64,000 nucleotides of DNA from Clostridia bacterium (GCA_017500855.1 JAFVYC010000024.1:8330-72329), one strand, 5' to 3'; counted from the first letter of the stretch, positions 10,601-20,306 are shown. Translations and numbers: made by a program. Notes: generated from the sequence alone by a model not told the origin.

Positions 10601-11252
10601 CATTTCCGAACTCAAAGCGGCAATTCAAAAGTTGGGCAACGTCAACGTCAACGCAATTCAAGATTTGGAAGAAGTGCAAACCCGCTACGACGACTTGTCC
10701 AAGCAACTAGACGACATGAGGAAGGCGGAAGAAGACTTGTTGACAGCGCTTTCCGAATTGACAAGCAACATTGAAGTCAGATTCAACGAAGGCATGACCA
10801 AAATCAACGACAATTTCAAAACTGTTTTCAGGGAATTGTTCAACGGCGGTAATGCAAGGTTGTACATCGACACCGACCCCACCAAGGCAAGTTTGGACCA
10901 TGGTGTGGAAATTGAAGCGCAACCCCCGGGAAAGAAATTGCAAAACATTTCCTTGCTTTCCGGTGGCGAACGCACAATGACGGCAGCGGCAATTTTGTTT
11001 GCTATTCTCAAGTTCAACCCAATGCCGTTCTGCGTACTGGACGAAATTGAAGCAGCGTTGGACGATGCCAATGCCGAAAGAATTTCCAAGTACTTGCGCA
11101 AATTCTCCGAATCTACTCAATTTATTGTTATCACCCACAAAAAGCCAACAATGGAAAACGCCGACGTTTTGTACGGCGTAACAATGGAAGAAAAGGGCGT
11201 TTCCAAGATTGTTTCCGTAAAACTGACCGAAGCAATCAAGCAAGCACAGTAA
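7674..11252 (+). CDS. smc: Chromosome segregation protein SMC
   Basis: GPNGCGKSN, hinge GRATFLP, LSGGE and LDEIEAALD; long coiled coils. Confidence 0.97.
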   Translation: MLYLKKIEMYGFKSFADKIELRFDQPITGIVGPNGCGKSNVSDAIRWVLGEQSTKTLRGKVMQDLIFGGTDSRKSMSYCEVSLFLDNTTRLFPIQMDEIIISRKLYRNNESEYSLNRNVVRLRDIQEMLRGVGLGKEGYSIVGQGRMDAVLNARPEDRRAIFEEALGISSFRQKKKETEHRLDKTRGNMENLLVVLDELKRQIDPLKRQSTVARKYMDLYQELRLKEINAYIYGYDNASQDKENCRAKIQGLQEEIAHKERLFAELNDKYDQLFNRRNSIDMEVKQLREQQLDLAVSVQKKEGQQNLAQERINNCQKDIEDTHALIAQYQKEMQEVAENLEKTQHLLAKRRQEKADLEQEIAQINKQFGAVSTRAEGVSSQLANFEQKLEQIVAEISKCNTAIASCEAEKSTLESRLVEINERSQQLSIKLQESAGEEGDLIGKYEQLLKDKENVEKAIASLKPQIKKLEGMQFDLNRELQHKQQEYASVKGGVDLLMDFAKNYKGYQDSVKNLMQDALHDQELASHICGVVANLIKVEPRYQQAIEVALGARLQSIVTETEEDSKYLIQHLKNNKYGRATFLPVSSMKPHGIDHPEVLKEQGVLGIACDLVSFDSHYNSVFKSILGGIVVVDTYDNAIAISRKYRYSHRMVTLTGERIANDGSLEGGSSRFHSSNLLSYDTQISQKQQLLQQIKELLLQAEQNKANCDKQLAELRQQGASLADQLAQLNIDIATFREKIETSNTLNNSDKQSILGLTSEKEKISDRLALLDAGYTKASARLEELQNAEAKLRQRLRTTKDTLQAEMTSKDGIFASLNEKRYRLAILENNISASEKEIAQGDIRIVNLQRLVKDKEEHIVQMQKALDQLYEIFNESLENEELQQQMEELSQKINSADQLKVQLDQEFQMTGERRMELNGELENLRGSVEKEEYVLSRIDQDLLELQQRVLDEYGVTYSAAMQFKDENYNKEEGKVRISELKAAIQKLGNVNVNAIQDLEEVQTRYDDLSKQLDDMRKAEEDLLTALSELTSNIEVRFNEGMTKINDNFKTVFRELFNGGNARLYIDTDPTKASLDHGVEIEAQPPGKKLQNISLLSGGERTMTAAAILFAILKFNPMPFCVLDEIEAALDDANAERISKYLRKFSESTQFIVITHKKPTMENADVLYGVTMEEKGVSKIVSVKLTEAIKQAQ

Positions 11253-11264
11253 GAGAGGTAACAA

Positions 11265-12158
11265 ATGGGCTTTTTTCAAAAAATTATCGACGGTTTGAGG
11301 AAAACCAAGCAACAAATTGGTTTCAAACTCAACGAATTGTTCAAACGTGGCATTTTCGATGAAGACTTCTACGATGATTTGGAATGCATTTTGCTTTCCA
11401 GCGACATTGGCGAAGACACAACGGTGGACATCATTGACGAACTGCGTGAACGCATGCGCAAGGACAGGGTTTCCGATGCCAAAAAGGCAAACGAATACCT
11501 GCGCCAAGTGATGGCGGACATTTTGGGCGACGAAGCGTTTGAGTTTTCCACACCTTGCGTAATCATGGTTGCAGGCGTCAACGGCGTTGGCAAAACAACA
11601 ACCATCGGCAAACTTGCAAACATTTTTGTCAAGCAAGGTAAATCCGTTGTTATTGCTGCGGCAGACACTTTCCGTGCGGCTGCAGGCGAACAGTTGGAAG
11701 TTTGGGCAAACCGTGCCAAAGTGCGCATCATCAAGCACGAAGAAGGTAGCGACCCTGCTGCAGTTGTTTTCGACGCCGTTTCCTCGGCAAAAAGCCGTGG
11801 AACGGACATTGTGCTTGTAGACACAGCCGGACGTTTGCACAACAAAAAGAATTTGATGGAAGAATTGAAAAAGATTGACCGTGTTGTGGACAGAGAATGG
11901 CCACAAGCCGACAGAAAAAACCTCATCGTTTTGGATGCAACCACAGGTCAAAATGCCATTCAACAAGTGGACGTTTTCAACGAAGCAATCGACATCGACG
12001 GCATTGTGCTTACCAAGTTGGACGGCACAGCCAAGGGTGGTGTGGTGCTTCAAATCAAGCACGACATGGACATTCCCGTGTACTTTGTTGGCGTTGGCGA
12101 AGGTATCGACGACTTGTTGCAATTTGATGCGCAAAGCTACATTGAAGGAATTATCTAG
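11265..12158 (+). CDS. ftsY: SRP receptor FtsY
   Basis: GVNGVGKTTT, DTFRAAA, DTAGR and TKLDGTAKGG. Confidence 0.97.
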   Translation: MGFFQKIIDGLRKTKQQIGFKLNELFKRGIFDEDFYDDLECILLSSDIGEDTTVDIIDELRERMRKDRVSDAKKANEYLRQVMADILGDEAFEFSTPCVIMVAGVNGVGKTTTIGKLANIFVKQGKSVVIAAADTFRAAAGEQLEVWANRAKVRIIKHEEGSDPAAVVFDAVSSAKSRGTDIVLVDTAGRLHNKKNLMEELKKIDRVVDREWPQADRKNLIVLDATTGQNAIQQVDVFNEAIDIDGIVLTKLDGTAKGGVVLQIKHDMDIPVYFVGVGEGIDDLLQFDAQSYIEGII

Positions 12159-12167
12159 CAAAAATCA

Positions 12168-12199
12168 AGCAGAGCCAAACTTTGGCTTTGCTTTTTTTG
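12168..12199 (+). terminator. Terminator after ftsY
   Basis: aagcagagccaaa-c-tttggctttgctt plus T run. Confidence 0.7.
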
Positions 12200-12258
12200 T
12201 TATCAACAAAGTTTGTGCAAATTTCTTGTGTAAAAGATGGAAAAATTGCAAAAAACAG

Positions 12259-12318
12259 TTGACAAAAACCGTGTAAAATAGTATCATATGTGCTGTAAAG
12301 CCAAAATGCTTTACAGCA
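12259..12318 (+). promoter_or_regulatory. SigA promoter and 11-bp inverted repeat upstream of ylxM-ffh
   Basis: TTGACA-17-TATCAT, then tgctgtaaagc-N6-gctttacagca. Confidence 0.7.
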
Positions 12319-12338
12319 ATTTTCCAAGGGGTGCAAAA

Positions 12339-12644
12339 ATGTCGCTTTCCAAACTGCAATTGTCGCAACTGCTTGCCGTGTACGGCGCAATGCTGACGGA
12401 CAAACAACGTGACGTTGTGGATATGTACTGCGATTGTGATTGTTCCTTGTCGGAAATTGCCGAGGAAATTGGCATTTCCCGTCAGGGTGTGCGAGATGCA
12501 ATTCTCAATGCGGAAAAAACACTTTCCAAATTGGAAGAAAGTTTGCACATTGCCGAATTGTCCAAGCAACTTTCCATTGCAGTAGAAAATGGAGATTTGC
12601 AACAAATTGGCGAAATTGCCAAAAAATTTGTCGGAAAGGAGTAG
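12339..12644 (+). CDS. ylxM: YlxM (UPF0122) HTH protein
   Basis: YGAMLTDKQR and SLSEIAEEIGISRQGVRD; upstream of ffh. Confidence 0.92.
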   Translation: MSLSKLQLSQLLAVYGAMLTDKQRDVVDMYCDCDCSLSEIAEEIGISRQGVRDAILNAEKTLSKLEESLHIAELSKQLSIAVENGDLQQIGEIAKKFVGKE

Positions 12645-12647
12645 CAA

Positions 12648-13958
12648 GTGGCACTGTTTTCTAACTTAACAGATAAAATCAACCACGTTTTTTCCAAATT
12701 GGCAAACCGTGGTGCGTTGACTGAACTGGAAATCAAGGATGCAATGCGTGAAGTGCGCAGGGCGTTGTTGGAAGCCGACGTAAACATTTCCGTAGCCAAG
12801 GACTTTGTCAACAAAGTGACGCAAAAAGCCGTTGGCGAAGAAATTTTGAAGTCGCTGACTCCAGGTCAACAAGTCATCAAAATTGTAAACGAAGAACTCA
12901 TTGAACTGATGGGTTCAACACAAAGCAAACTTGGTGTTTCGCCAAAATTGCCCACAATCATCATGATGTGTGGCTTGCAAGGCGCCGGCAAAACCACAAT
13001 GTGTGGAAAACTTGCCATGTACTTGCAAAAACAAGGCAAAAAAGTTTTGCTTTGCGCCGACGACATCTACCGTCCTGCAGCAATCAAGCAATTGGAAATT
13101 GTTGCGCAAAAGGCAAAAGCGGGATTTTTCCAAATGGGGCAAATCGACCCCACCAAAATTGCCAAAGAGGGCGTGAAGTACGCCGAAAAGAACGGCTACG
13201 ACACGGTTATCATCGACACGGCAGGTCGTTTGCACATCGACCAACAATTGATGGACGAACTCAAATCCATCAAAAAGGCAGTCAACGTGTTCGAAACGTT
13301 GCTTGTTGTTGACTCCATGGTGGGTCAAGACGCAGTAAACGTTGCCAAAACCTTCGACGAACAGTTGGATATTTCCGGCGTCATCATGACAAAGTTGGAT
13401 GGCGACACACGTGGTGGCGCAACGCTTTCCATCAAGGCAATCACAGGCAAACCCATCAAATTCTGTGGTATTGGCGAAAAGATGGAAGACCTTGAACCGT
13501 TCCATCCGGACAGAATGGCATCCCGCATTTTGGGCATGGGCGACGTGCTTACACTCATCGAAAAGGCGCAAACGGCAATTTCCGAAGAAGATGCCTTGAA
13601 GATGGCCCGCAAAATGAAGGAAGCAAGTTTCGACTTGAACGACTACTTGGAGCAATTTGAAAACGTTGCCAAAATGGGCGACATCAACCAACTTGTTTCC
13701 ATGTTCCCCGGCGCAGGCAAACTGAAACTTGGCGAACAAAAAATTGACGAAAAGCAAATGCAACGCAACAAAGCAATCATTCTGTCGATGACAAAGGAAG
13801 AGCGTTCAAACCCACGCATTCTCAACTACTCTCGCCGAAAGCGCATTGCAAAAGGTTGCGGATTGGACGTTTCCGACGTCAACAAGCTCATCAAACAGTA
13901 CGAAACGGCACGAGATTTGATGAAGCGAATGATGAAAACAAAAAAACTACCTTTCTAG
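12648..13958 (+). CDS. ffh: Signal recognition particle protein
   Basis: GLQGAGKTT, DTAGR, RMASRILGMGD and M domain. Confidence 0.97.
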   Translation: MALFSNLTDKINHVFSKLANRGALTELEIKDAMREVRRALLEADVNISVAKDFVNKVTQKAVGEEILKSLTPGQQVIKIVNEELIELMGSTQSKLGVSPKLPTIIMMCGLQGAGKTTMCGKLAMYLQKQGKKVLLCADDIYRPAAIKQLEIVAQKAKAGFFQMGQIDPTKIAKEGVKYAEKNGYDTVIIDTAGRLHIDQQLMDELKSIKKAVNVFETLLVVDSMVGQDAVNVAKTFDEQLDISGVIMTKLDGDTRGGATLSIKAITGKPIKFCGIGEKMEDLEPFHPDRMASRILGMGDVLTLIEKAQTAISEEDALKMARKMKEASFDLNDYLEQFENVAKMGDINQLVSMFPGAGKLKLGEQKIDEKQMQRNKAIILSMTKEERSNPRILNYSRRKRIAKGCGLDVSDVNKLIKQYETARDLMKRMMKTKKLPF

Positions 13959-14031
13959 GTGAACTACTCTTTTGAAATTCAAAAGGTTCAAATATCAAAA
14001 AAAAACAATAATACATTTGGAGGAACAAAAA

Positions 14032-14283
14032 ATGGCAGTAAAAATGAGATTGACAAGAATGGGTGACAAGAAAAGTCCTTTCTACCGTGTTGTAGTTATC
14101 GACTCTCACAAGGCACGTGACGGACAATACGTAGACCTTGTTGGAACATACAACCCATTGAACGAAGAAATCAAAATCGACGTTGAAAAGGCAAAGAAAT
14201 GGATTGCTTGCGGTGTTCAACCCACAGAAACAGTAAAATCTTTGCTCGTTCGTGAAAACGTTATCGAAGGCAAGAAGGCGTAG
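14032..14283 (+). CDS. rpsP: 30S ribosomal protein S16
   Basis: [19 protein letters not shown]; GGAGG SD. Confidence 0.97.
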   Translation: MAVKMRLTRMGDKKSPFYRVVVIDSHKARDGQYVDLVGTYNPLNEEIKIDVEKAKKWIACGVQPTETVKSLLVRENVIEGKKA

Positions 14284-14286
14284 TAT

Positions 14287-14532
14287 TTGCAGGTGTCTGA
14301 TATGTTGGAACTTGTAAAGTACATCGTAGAACAACTTGTTGAAGACAAATCTGCAATCAACATCACTTCTTCACAAACGGAAAACGGCGAAACAATCACC
14401 ATTCGTGTGGCAGAAGGCGACATTGGCAAGGTTATCGGCAAACAAGGCAAAATTGCTATGGCCATTCGTACTTTGGCGAAAGCTGTTGGTATCAAAGAAG
14501 GCAAAAGATACAATATTGAAATAGAAGACTAA
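14287..14532 (+). CDS. khpA: KH-domain RNA-binding protein
   Basis: DIGKVIGKQGK; follows rpsP; start uncertain (14287 or 14302). Confidence 0.92.
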   Translation: MQVSDMLELVKYIVEQLVEDKSAINITSSQTENGETITIRVAEGDIGKVIGKQGKIAMAIRTLAKAVGIKEGKRYNIEIED

Positions 14533-14544
14533 TTTCGCTGTGAA

Positions 14545-14574
14545 TTTGCCACAAGGGTTTCTTGTGGCAATTTT
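14545..14574 (+). terminator. Hairpin between khpA and rimM
   Basis: ttgccacaag-ggttt-cttgtggcaa followed by Ts. Confidence 0.55.
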
Positions 14575-14595
14575 GCTATGCAAAGAGGAAAAACT

Positions 14596-15099
14596 ATGAA
14601 AATGGAAGTAGGCAAGGTGCTAAAAGCACAAGGAATCAAGGGCGAAGTGAAAATTTCCTGTCTGTTGGACAGCCCAACTTTGCTAAAAAAAATCAAAACA
14701 ATGTACTTGGGTGTTGCAACGTACAACGTGGAAAAAATGCGTTGTGACGACAAATTTTGCTACGTTCTTTTCAAGGAAGTTGCCGACAGAAACCAAGCGG
14801 AATTGCTTCGCAACAAAAGCGTTTTTGTCAACAAGGAAGACATTGTGTTGGACGAAGGCAGGTACTTCATCGAAGACCTTGTTGGTTGCAACGTGGTGTT
14901 GGACGACGGCACGCAAATTGGAAAAGTGGAGGACGTGTTGCAATATGGCGCAGCCGACGTCATTGTTTGCCAAGGGGAAAAATGCGAAATTTCATTTCCT
15001 TTCTTGGAAGACCTTCCTGTGAGCATCGACGTTGCCAAGGGGGAAATTGTGCTGTTGGCAAAGAGATTTGCGGAGGTGGCAGTGTACAATGAAGATTGA
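14596..15099 (+). CDS. rimM: Ribosome maturation factor RimM
   Basis: VGKVLKAQGIKGEVK, YFIEDLVG and YGAADV. Confidence 0.93.
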   Translation: MKMEVGKVLKAQGIKGEVKISCLLDSPTLLKKIKTMYLGVATYNVEKMRCDDKFCYVLFKEVADRNQAELLRNKSVFVNKEDIVLDEGRYFIEDLVGCNVVLDDGTQIGKVEDVLQYGAADVIVCQGEKCEISFPFLEDLPVSIDVAKGEIVLLAKRFAEVAVYNED

Positions 15100-15760
15100 C
15101 GTGTTGACACTTTTTCCCGAGATGTTTGTTGCGTTGGACAGTTCGTTGATTGGCAAAGCCAAGGCAAAGGGCTTGTTCCAAATGAATTGCCACAACATTC
15201 GTGACTACTCGCTAGACAAGCACAAGAGTTGCGACGACACACCGTTTGGCGGTGGCGCAGGCATGGTGATGACTCCACAACCAATTCACGACTGCATTTT
15301 GGCAGTAGACCCCGAGCGTAAGGCAAAACGCATCTACATGTCGCCACGTGGCAAAAGGCTCGACCAACAGCTGGTAAAGCAACTTGCACAGGAAGAAAAC
15401 TTGCTGTTTTTGTGTGGCCACTACGAAGGCGTTGACCAACGTGTTTTGGACTTGGACATCGACATGGAACTGAGCATTGGCGACTATGTTTTGTCTGGTG
15501 GCGAACTGCCTGCAATGGTGGTTATCGACTCAATTTTGAGATACGTCCCCAACGTTTTGGGCAACAAGCAGTCTACCGAGGAGGAATCTTTTTCCTCCAA
15601 TTTGTTGGAATACCCTCACTACACAAGACCACAAGAATTTTTGGGATTGACCGTTCCGGAAGTGCTTGTCAGTGGCAACCATGCCAAAATTGAAGCGTGG
15701 CGAAAGCAACAATCTTTGGAAATAACAAAGAAAAATCGCCCCGACTTGTTGGAGGAATGA
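15089..15760 (+). CDS. trmD: tRNA (guanine37-N1)-methyltransferase
   Basis: PFGGGAGM, CGHYEGVD and IGDYVLSGGE. Confidence 0.97.
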   Translation: MKIDVLTLFPEMFVALDSSLIGKAKAKGLFQMNCHNIRDYSLDKHKSCDDTPFGGGAGMVMTPQPIHDCILAVDPERKAKRIYMSPRGKRLDQQLVKQLAQEENLLFLCGHYEGVDQRVLDLDIDMELSIGDYVLSGGELPAMVVIDSILRYVPNVLGNKQSTEEESFSSNLLEYPHYTRPQEFLGLTVPEVLVSGNHAKIEAWRKQQSLEITKKNRPDLLEE

Positions 15761-16653
15761 TGAACATTCAATGGTTTCCCGGTCACATGACCAAAGCCCT
15801 CCGAATGATGGAGGCAAACGTTGGAATTGTTGACATTGTTGGCTACGTGCTGGATGCCCGTGCGCCCATGTCCTGTTTCAACCCCAGTTTCGAAAAAATC
15901 ATTGGCAACAAGCCGTGTTTGTTCATTTTGAACAAGTGTGACCTTGCCGACAAGTCCAAGGTGGATTTGTGGTGCAACTACTTTGCCCAAAGTGGCATCA
16001 AGTACGTCAAGGTTACGGCAACGGCTTCTGCCGAAGCAAGCAAAATCACATCGGCTTTTGGCGAAATTGCCAAGGGTTTGAAGGACAAATTGCGTGCCAA
16101 GGGCGTGTACAAGCCTGTGAGATGCCTCATTTTGGGCGTTCCCAACTGTGGCAAATCCACCCTCATCAACTGCTTGGCAGGAAGAAAAAGCGTTGTGACG
16201 GGCGACAGGCCCGGCGTGACAAAAGGCAAGCAATGGGTGCGCCTTCAAAACGGTTTGGAACTGCTGGACACCCCGGGCACACTTTGGCCCAAATTCGAAG
16301 ACGAAAAGGTGGCTTCAAGGCTGTGCTTTGTTGGAAGCATCAAGGACGACATTGTTGAAGATATCTACGCATTGTCACTTTTGCTTGTTGAAGAATTGCA
16401 AACGCAGTACCCCAAACTGTTGGAAGAAAGGTACAAATTGCAAGTTGAAAACAAACAACCCGACGTACTTTTTGAAGAAATTGCAAAAAAACGTGGCTAC
16501 GTTGTGCGTGGTGGCGAAATTGACTACGAACGCACGGCAAAAGCCATTTTGGACGATTTCCGCAAGGGAAAAATTGGCAAAGTCACTTTTGACGTGCCAC
16601 CACAAGCGCACTTGAAAGTGAAAAACAGCACAAAAGGAGAACAATCTTGCTAG
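15757..16653 (+). CDS. rbgA: Ribosome biogenesis GTPase YlqF/RbgA
   Basis: IQWFPGHM, NKCDL, GVPNCGKS and DTPG. Confidence 0.95.
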   Translation: MMNIQWFPGHMTKALRMMEANVGIVDIVGYVLDARAPMSCFNPSFEKIIGNKPCLFILNKCDLADKSKVDLWCNYFAQSGIKYVKVTATASAEASKITSAFGEIAKGLKDKLRAKGVYKPVRCLILGVPNCGKSTLINCLAGRKSVVTGDRPGVTKGKQWVRLQNGLELLDTPGTLWPKFEDEKVASRLCFVGSIKDDIVEDIYALSLLLVEELQTQYPKLLEERYKLQVENKQPDVLFEEIAKKRGYVVRGGEIDYERTAKAILDDFRKGKIGKVTFDVPPQAHLKVKNSTKGEQSC

Positions 16654-17237
16654 AATACGAACAAATGATGCTACAAAACGGTGCAAGTTTTGTTGCTGGA
16701 GTGGACGAAGCAGGGCGTGGCCCATTGGCTGGCCCGGTTGTTGTTGCTGCAGTTTGCATGCCTCTGGACAACATTGTTGAAGGCATCAACGACAGCAAAA
16801 AACTTTCGGCAAAAAAGCGAGACAAGTTGTTCGACGTCATCATGCAAACGGCGTTGGAAGTGCAAGTTGCCGTTGTGGACGAGCAAACGATAGACCGCAT
16901 CAACATTTTGAACGCCACAAAGCAAGGCATGGTGCAAGTTATAAACGGTTTGCAAAAGGCCGATGCTGTGCTTATTGACGCCGTCAAACTCAACATCAAC
17001 AAGGCAACAATGTCTATTATTCACGGCGACGCATTGAGCTACAACATTGCCGCAGCAAGCATTGTTGCAAAAGTCACAAGGGACAGGATGATGTTGGACT
17101 ACCACAATCAGTACCCGCAGTACAACTTTGCAAAACACAAGGGCTACGGCACGGCGGAACACATCAAATTGCTCAAAGAGCACGGTCCGTGTCCCATTCA
17201 TCGCAGATCATTTATTGGTCACTTTGTTGAAGTATGA
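16647..17237 (+). CDS. rnhB: Ribonuclease HII
   Basis: GVDEAGRGPLAGPV, DSKK and AAASIVAKV. Confidence 0.97.
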   Translation: MLEYEQMMLQNGASFVAGVDEAGRGPLAGPVVVAAVCMPLDNIVEGINDSKKLSAKKRDKLFDVIMQTALEVQVAVVDEQTIDRINILNATKQGMVQVINGLQKADAVLIDAVKLNINKATMSIIHGDALSYNIAAASIVAKVTRDRMMLDYHNQYPQYNFAKHKGYGTAEHIKLLKEHGPCPIHRRSFIGHFVEV

Positions 17238-17578
17238 ACACACACGTTGTAGGTGTGAAAGGTGAAAAACTTGCCCTGGAATACCTGAAAAAACAAAAAT
17301 ACAAAATTGTTGAACAAAATTTCCGTTGCTCTTTTGGCGAGTTGGACATTGTTGCAACCGACGGCAACTACATTGTTTTTGTGGAAGTCAAATCTCGCAA
17401 GAACGATGCTTTTGGCTTGCCAAGGCAGGCAGTGGATTGGCGCAAGCAAAAAGTTATTGTGCGATGCGCAAAGTACTGGCTTTCCAGCAACAAGAAAACC
17501 GGCACACCATGCAGGTTTGAGGTGGTGGAAATTTTGGGAGATCAAATAACCTTGCTAAAAGATGCATTTAGGGCATAA
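17234..17578 (+). CDS. YraN family (UPF0102) putative endonuclease
   Basis: GELDIVA and FVEVKSR; follows rnhB. Confidence 0.9.
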   Translation: MNTHVVGVKGEKLALEYLKKQKYKIVEQNFRCSFGELDIVATDGNYIVFVEVKSRKNDAFGLPRQAVDWRKQKVIVRCAKYWLSSNKKTGTPCRFEVVEILGDQITLLKDAFRA

Positions 17579-17595
17579 AAACAGCGTAAAAACGC

Positions 17596-17624
17596 TTGCA
17601 TAATTCTTTGAGTTGTGCTAGAAT
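17596..17624 (+). promoter_or_regulatory. SigA promoter of rplS
   Basis: TTGCAT-17-TAGAAT with extended TG. Confidence 0.65.
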
Positions 17625-17629
17625 ATACA

Positions 17630-17680
17630 AGTGACTTCGGGCGGTCCTCTGACTTGATAGTGTATGAACGCTTAGTTAAC
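17630..17680 (+). ncRNA. Putative L19 leader (cis-regulatory RNA)
   Basis: gggcggtcctctg...atgaacgct in the rplS 5' UTR, resembling Firmicute L19 leaders (from recall). Confidence 0.6.
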
Positions 17681-17712
17681 AAAACATAATATTTTTTTGG
17701 AGGAAAAGTCAG

Positions 17713-18051
17713 ATGGACATCATCAAGGCAATCGAAGCCGAATCTCTTAGAGAAGTTGCTAACTTCAACATCGGCGACACAGTAAAGGTATACTTCAAGG
17801 TTATCGAAGGTAACAAGGAAAGAATTCAAGGTTACGAAGGAATTGTTATTGCTCGCAAACACGGCGGTTTGAGAGAAACATTCACAGTAAGACGTATCTC
17901 TTCCGGTATTGGCGTAGAAAGAACATTCCCTGTTCACAGCCCAAAAATCGAAAAGATTGAAGTTGTTAGAAAAGCAAGCGTTAAGCGTGCAAAACTCTAC
18001 TACCTTCGTGAACGCACAGGTAAAGCAGCAAAAATCAAGAGCGCAAAATAG
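17713..18051 (+). CDS. rplS: 50S ribosomal protein L19
   Basis: [19 protein letters not shown] and RAKLYYLR. Confidence 0.98.
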   Translation: MDIIKAIEAESLREVANFNIGDTVKVYFKVIEGNKERIQGYEGIVIARKHGGLRETFTVRRISSGIGVERTFPVHSPKIEKIEVVRKASVKRAKLYYLRERTGKAAKIKSAK

Positions 18052-18059
18052 TTTACCAC

Positions 18060-18090
18060 AAAAGAGCAATCCAAACGGATTGCTCTTTTT
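18060..18090 (+). terminator. Terminator after rplS
   Basis: aaagagcaatcc-aaac-ggattgctcttt. Confidence 0.8.
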
Positions 18091-18713
18091 CATTTTCAAG
18101 TGGTGCATGTGGCGCACGGACGTTTGTGTGGAGCAAAATAACAGTAACTGTACCACGCAATTTCAACTGCAAAAATGCGAAAATTTCCAAGCAATAACCT
18201 GGCAATTGTTGCTACAATCGTGCTACTGAATGGGGTGCTAGTATATCAAAAAAAACACCGTGTTCTAGGCATTTTTGGTGGATAAAAAGTGAATATTTAT
18301 ATTCAAATTGTAGGCGACACGTACCGACAAATCATTGTGCAACGGTGCGCTAAATTGTTTACTTCCACATCAAAACAACAGCAACAGGCGAACGGATTTC
18401 GAGAGCAAAAAACAGCGAAAAGTTCTACAAGCAACTTCAAAACCTCATTTTGCAACAGGCATCTTGCATACAAAACGGAAGGAAAAACATTTCGAAAACA
18501 ACAAACGATTCAACTTTTCTTGCAAACCTAGGCAACTTTTGTTCAAGTTTAGTTTTGTCGTCTACAATGGTGTGGAAAGGGAAAAACAGTCCAACTTGTG
18601 TTGAAATGGGCATTTTGTAGTGTACTTTGTCAGACATAGTAGCGCATTTACGCAAAACTTTTCGCTTTATATATTATATATAAAAAAATATTTGGCAAAG
18701 TTTGCAAAAATGC

Positions 18714-18742
18714 TTGTTTTTTGTAGCCACTCAAAGTATACT
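18714..18742 (+). promoter_or_regulatory. Possible SigA promoter of comM-dprA-topA
   Basis: TTGTTT-17-TATACT. Confidence 0.45.
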
Positions 18743-18773
18743 ATTAAGATAGAAATTACAATGGGGGTAGGCT

Positions 18774-20300
18774 ATGCTTTCGGTAATCAAAAGTTATGGA
18801 CTCAAGGGGCTGGAAGGTTTTCCCGTGCAAACGGAAGTGGACATGCACTCCGGCATGCCAACGTACGACATTGTTGGTTTGGCGGACACAGCCGTCAAGG
18901 AATCCAAGGAAAGGGTGCGCTCGGCATTGAAAAACAGTGGCTACAACTATCCTGTTGCTGCCGTTGTCATCAATCTTGCGCCTGCCGACGTCAAGAAGGA
19001 AGGCAGTTTGTACGACTTGCCAATTGCAATTGGCATGCTTGCCGCAAGCAAACAAATTCCCTACGAATCTCTCAAAAGCGCAGTTGTGCTTGGCGAGTTG
19101 TCGTTAAACGGAGAAGTGCGCCGAATCAACGGTATTTTGCCAATGCTCATTTCCGCACGTCAACAGGGCGAAAAGGTCTTTGTTATCCCCAAGGACAATG
19201 CCGACGAAGTTGTGTTCATTGAAGGCGCCGAAATCTACGCAGTAGACACTTTGCAAACGGCGGTGGAATTCTTGACTTCTCAAACGGAACTTTCCCCAAT
19301 AGAAATTCGCAGTTGGGAAACGGACTTGAAGTTCAACCACAGCGACAACGACATGAAGTACATCAAAGGGCAGTTTGCCGCAAAGCGTGCAATGGAAATT
19401 GCCGTTGCAGGCGGACACAACATTTTGATGATTGGCCCACCCGGCGCAGGCAAAACCATGCTTGCACGTGCCGTGCCTTCCATCATGCCAAACATGACTT
19501 TTGAAGAAGCGTTGGAAGTTGCAAAAGTACACAGCATTGCCGGTCAGTTAGAAAACGGGTTTGTGTACGAACGCCCATTCCGCACGCCTCACCATTCTTC
19601 AACAATGGTGGCATTGACAGGCGGTGGCAACAAGGCAAAACCCGGCGAAATTTCCTTGGCGCACAACGGCGTGTTGTTTTTGGACGAATTGCCCGAGTAC
19701 AATCGCCAAGCGTTGGAAACACTTCGCCAACCGTTGGAAGACGGCGTTATCACAGTTGCACGCAACGCCATTTCCATCACGTATCCTGCCGATTTCATGC
19801 TTATTGCAAGCATGAACCCTTGCCCTTGCGGAAACTACGGAAGCGCAACAAGCGAATGCCGTTGCTCTGCAGCGCAAATTCACAAATATCTTACAAAACT
19901 TAGCGGTCCCTTGATGGACAGAATAGACATCCACGTGGAAGTTGACAACGTCACCTACTACGAACTCAACGACGAAACTCTTGCCGAACCTTCGGAAGTG
20001 GTGAGGGATCGTGTCAACAAAGCACGCCAAATTCAACTGGAAAGGTTGAAAGCAAAGGGTCGCCATTGCAACTCGCAAATGTCCCCTGCCGACATCAAAA
20101 AGTACTGCAAGTTGGACAAGGAATGTTTGCAACTTTTGGAAGAAAGTTTCGAAAAACTCAACTTGTCGGCACGTGCGTACAACCGTGTTCTCAAAGTGGC
20201 ACGTACCATTGCCGATTTGGAAGGCGTGGAAAAAATCACCGTAAAGCACATTGCCGAGTCGCTTCAATACAGATCGCTAGACAGAAAGTACAGGGTGTAG
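18774..20300 (+). CDS. comM: YifB/ComM Mg-chelatase-like AAA+ ATPase
   Basis: NLAPADVKKEG, GPPGAGKT, PGEISLAHNGVLFLDE and NPCPCG. Confidence 0.95.
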   Translation: MLSVIKSYGLKGLEGFPVQTEVDMHSGMPTYDIVGLADTAVKESKERVRSALKNSGYNYPVAAVVINLAPADVKKEGSLYDLPIAIGMLAASKQIPYESLKSAVVLGELSLNGEVRRINGILPMLISARQQGEKVFVIPKDNADEVVFIEGAEIYAVDTLQTAVEFLTSQTELSPIEIRSWETDLKFNHSDNDMKYIKGQFAAKRAMEIAVAGGHNILMIGPPGAGKTMLARAVPSIMPNMTFEEALEVAKVHSIAGQLENGFVYERPFRTPHHSSTMVALTGGGNKAKPGEISLAHNGVLFLDELPEYNRQALETLRQPLEDGVITVARNAISITYPADFMLIASMNPCPCGNYGSATSECRCSAAQIHKYLTKLSGPLMDRIDIHVEVDNVTYYELNDETLAEPSEVVRDRVNKARQIQLERLKAKGRHCNSQMSPADIKKYCKLDKECLQLLEESFEKLNLSARAYNRVLKVARTIADLEGVEKITVKHIAESLQYRSLDRKYRV

Positions 20301-20306
20301 AGCAGA

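Noticed and set aside
18277-18285. DnaA-box-like TTATCCACC (minus strand)
   Set aside because: A single imperfect copy with no cluster, so there is no support for an origin.
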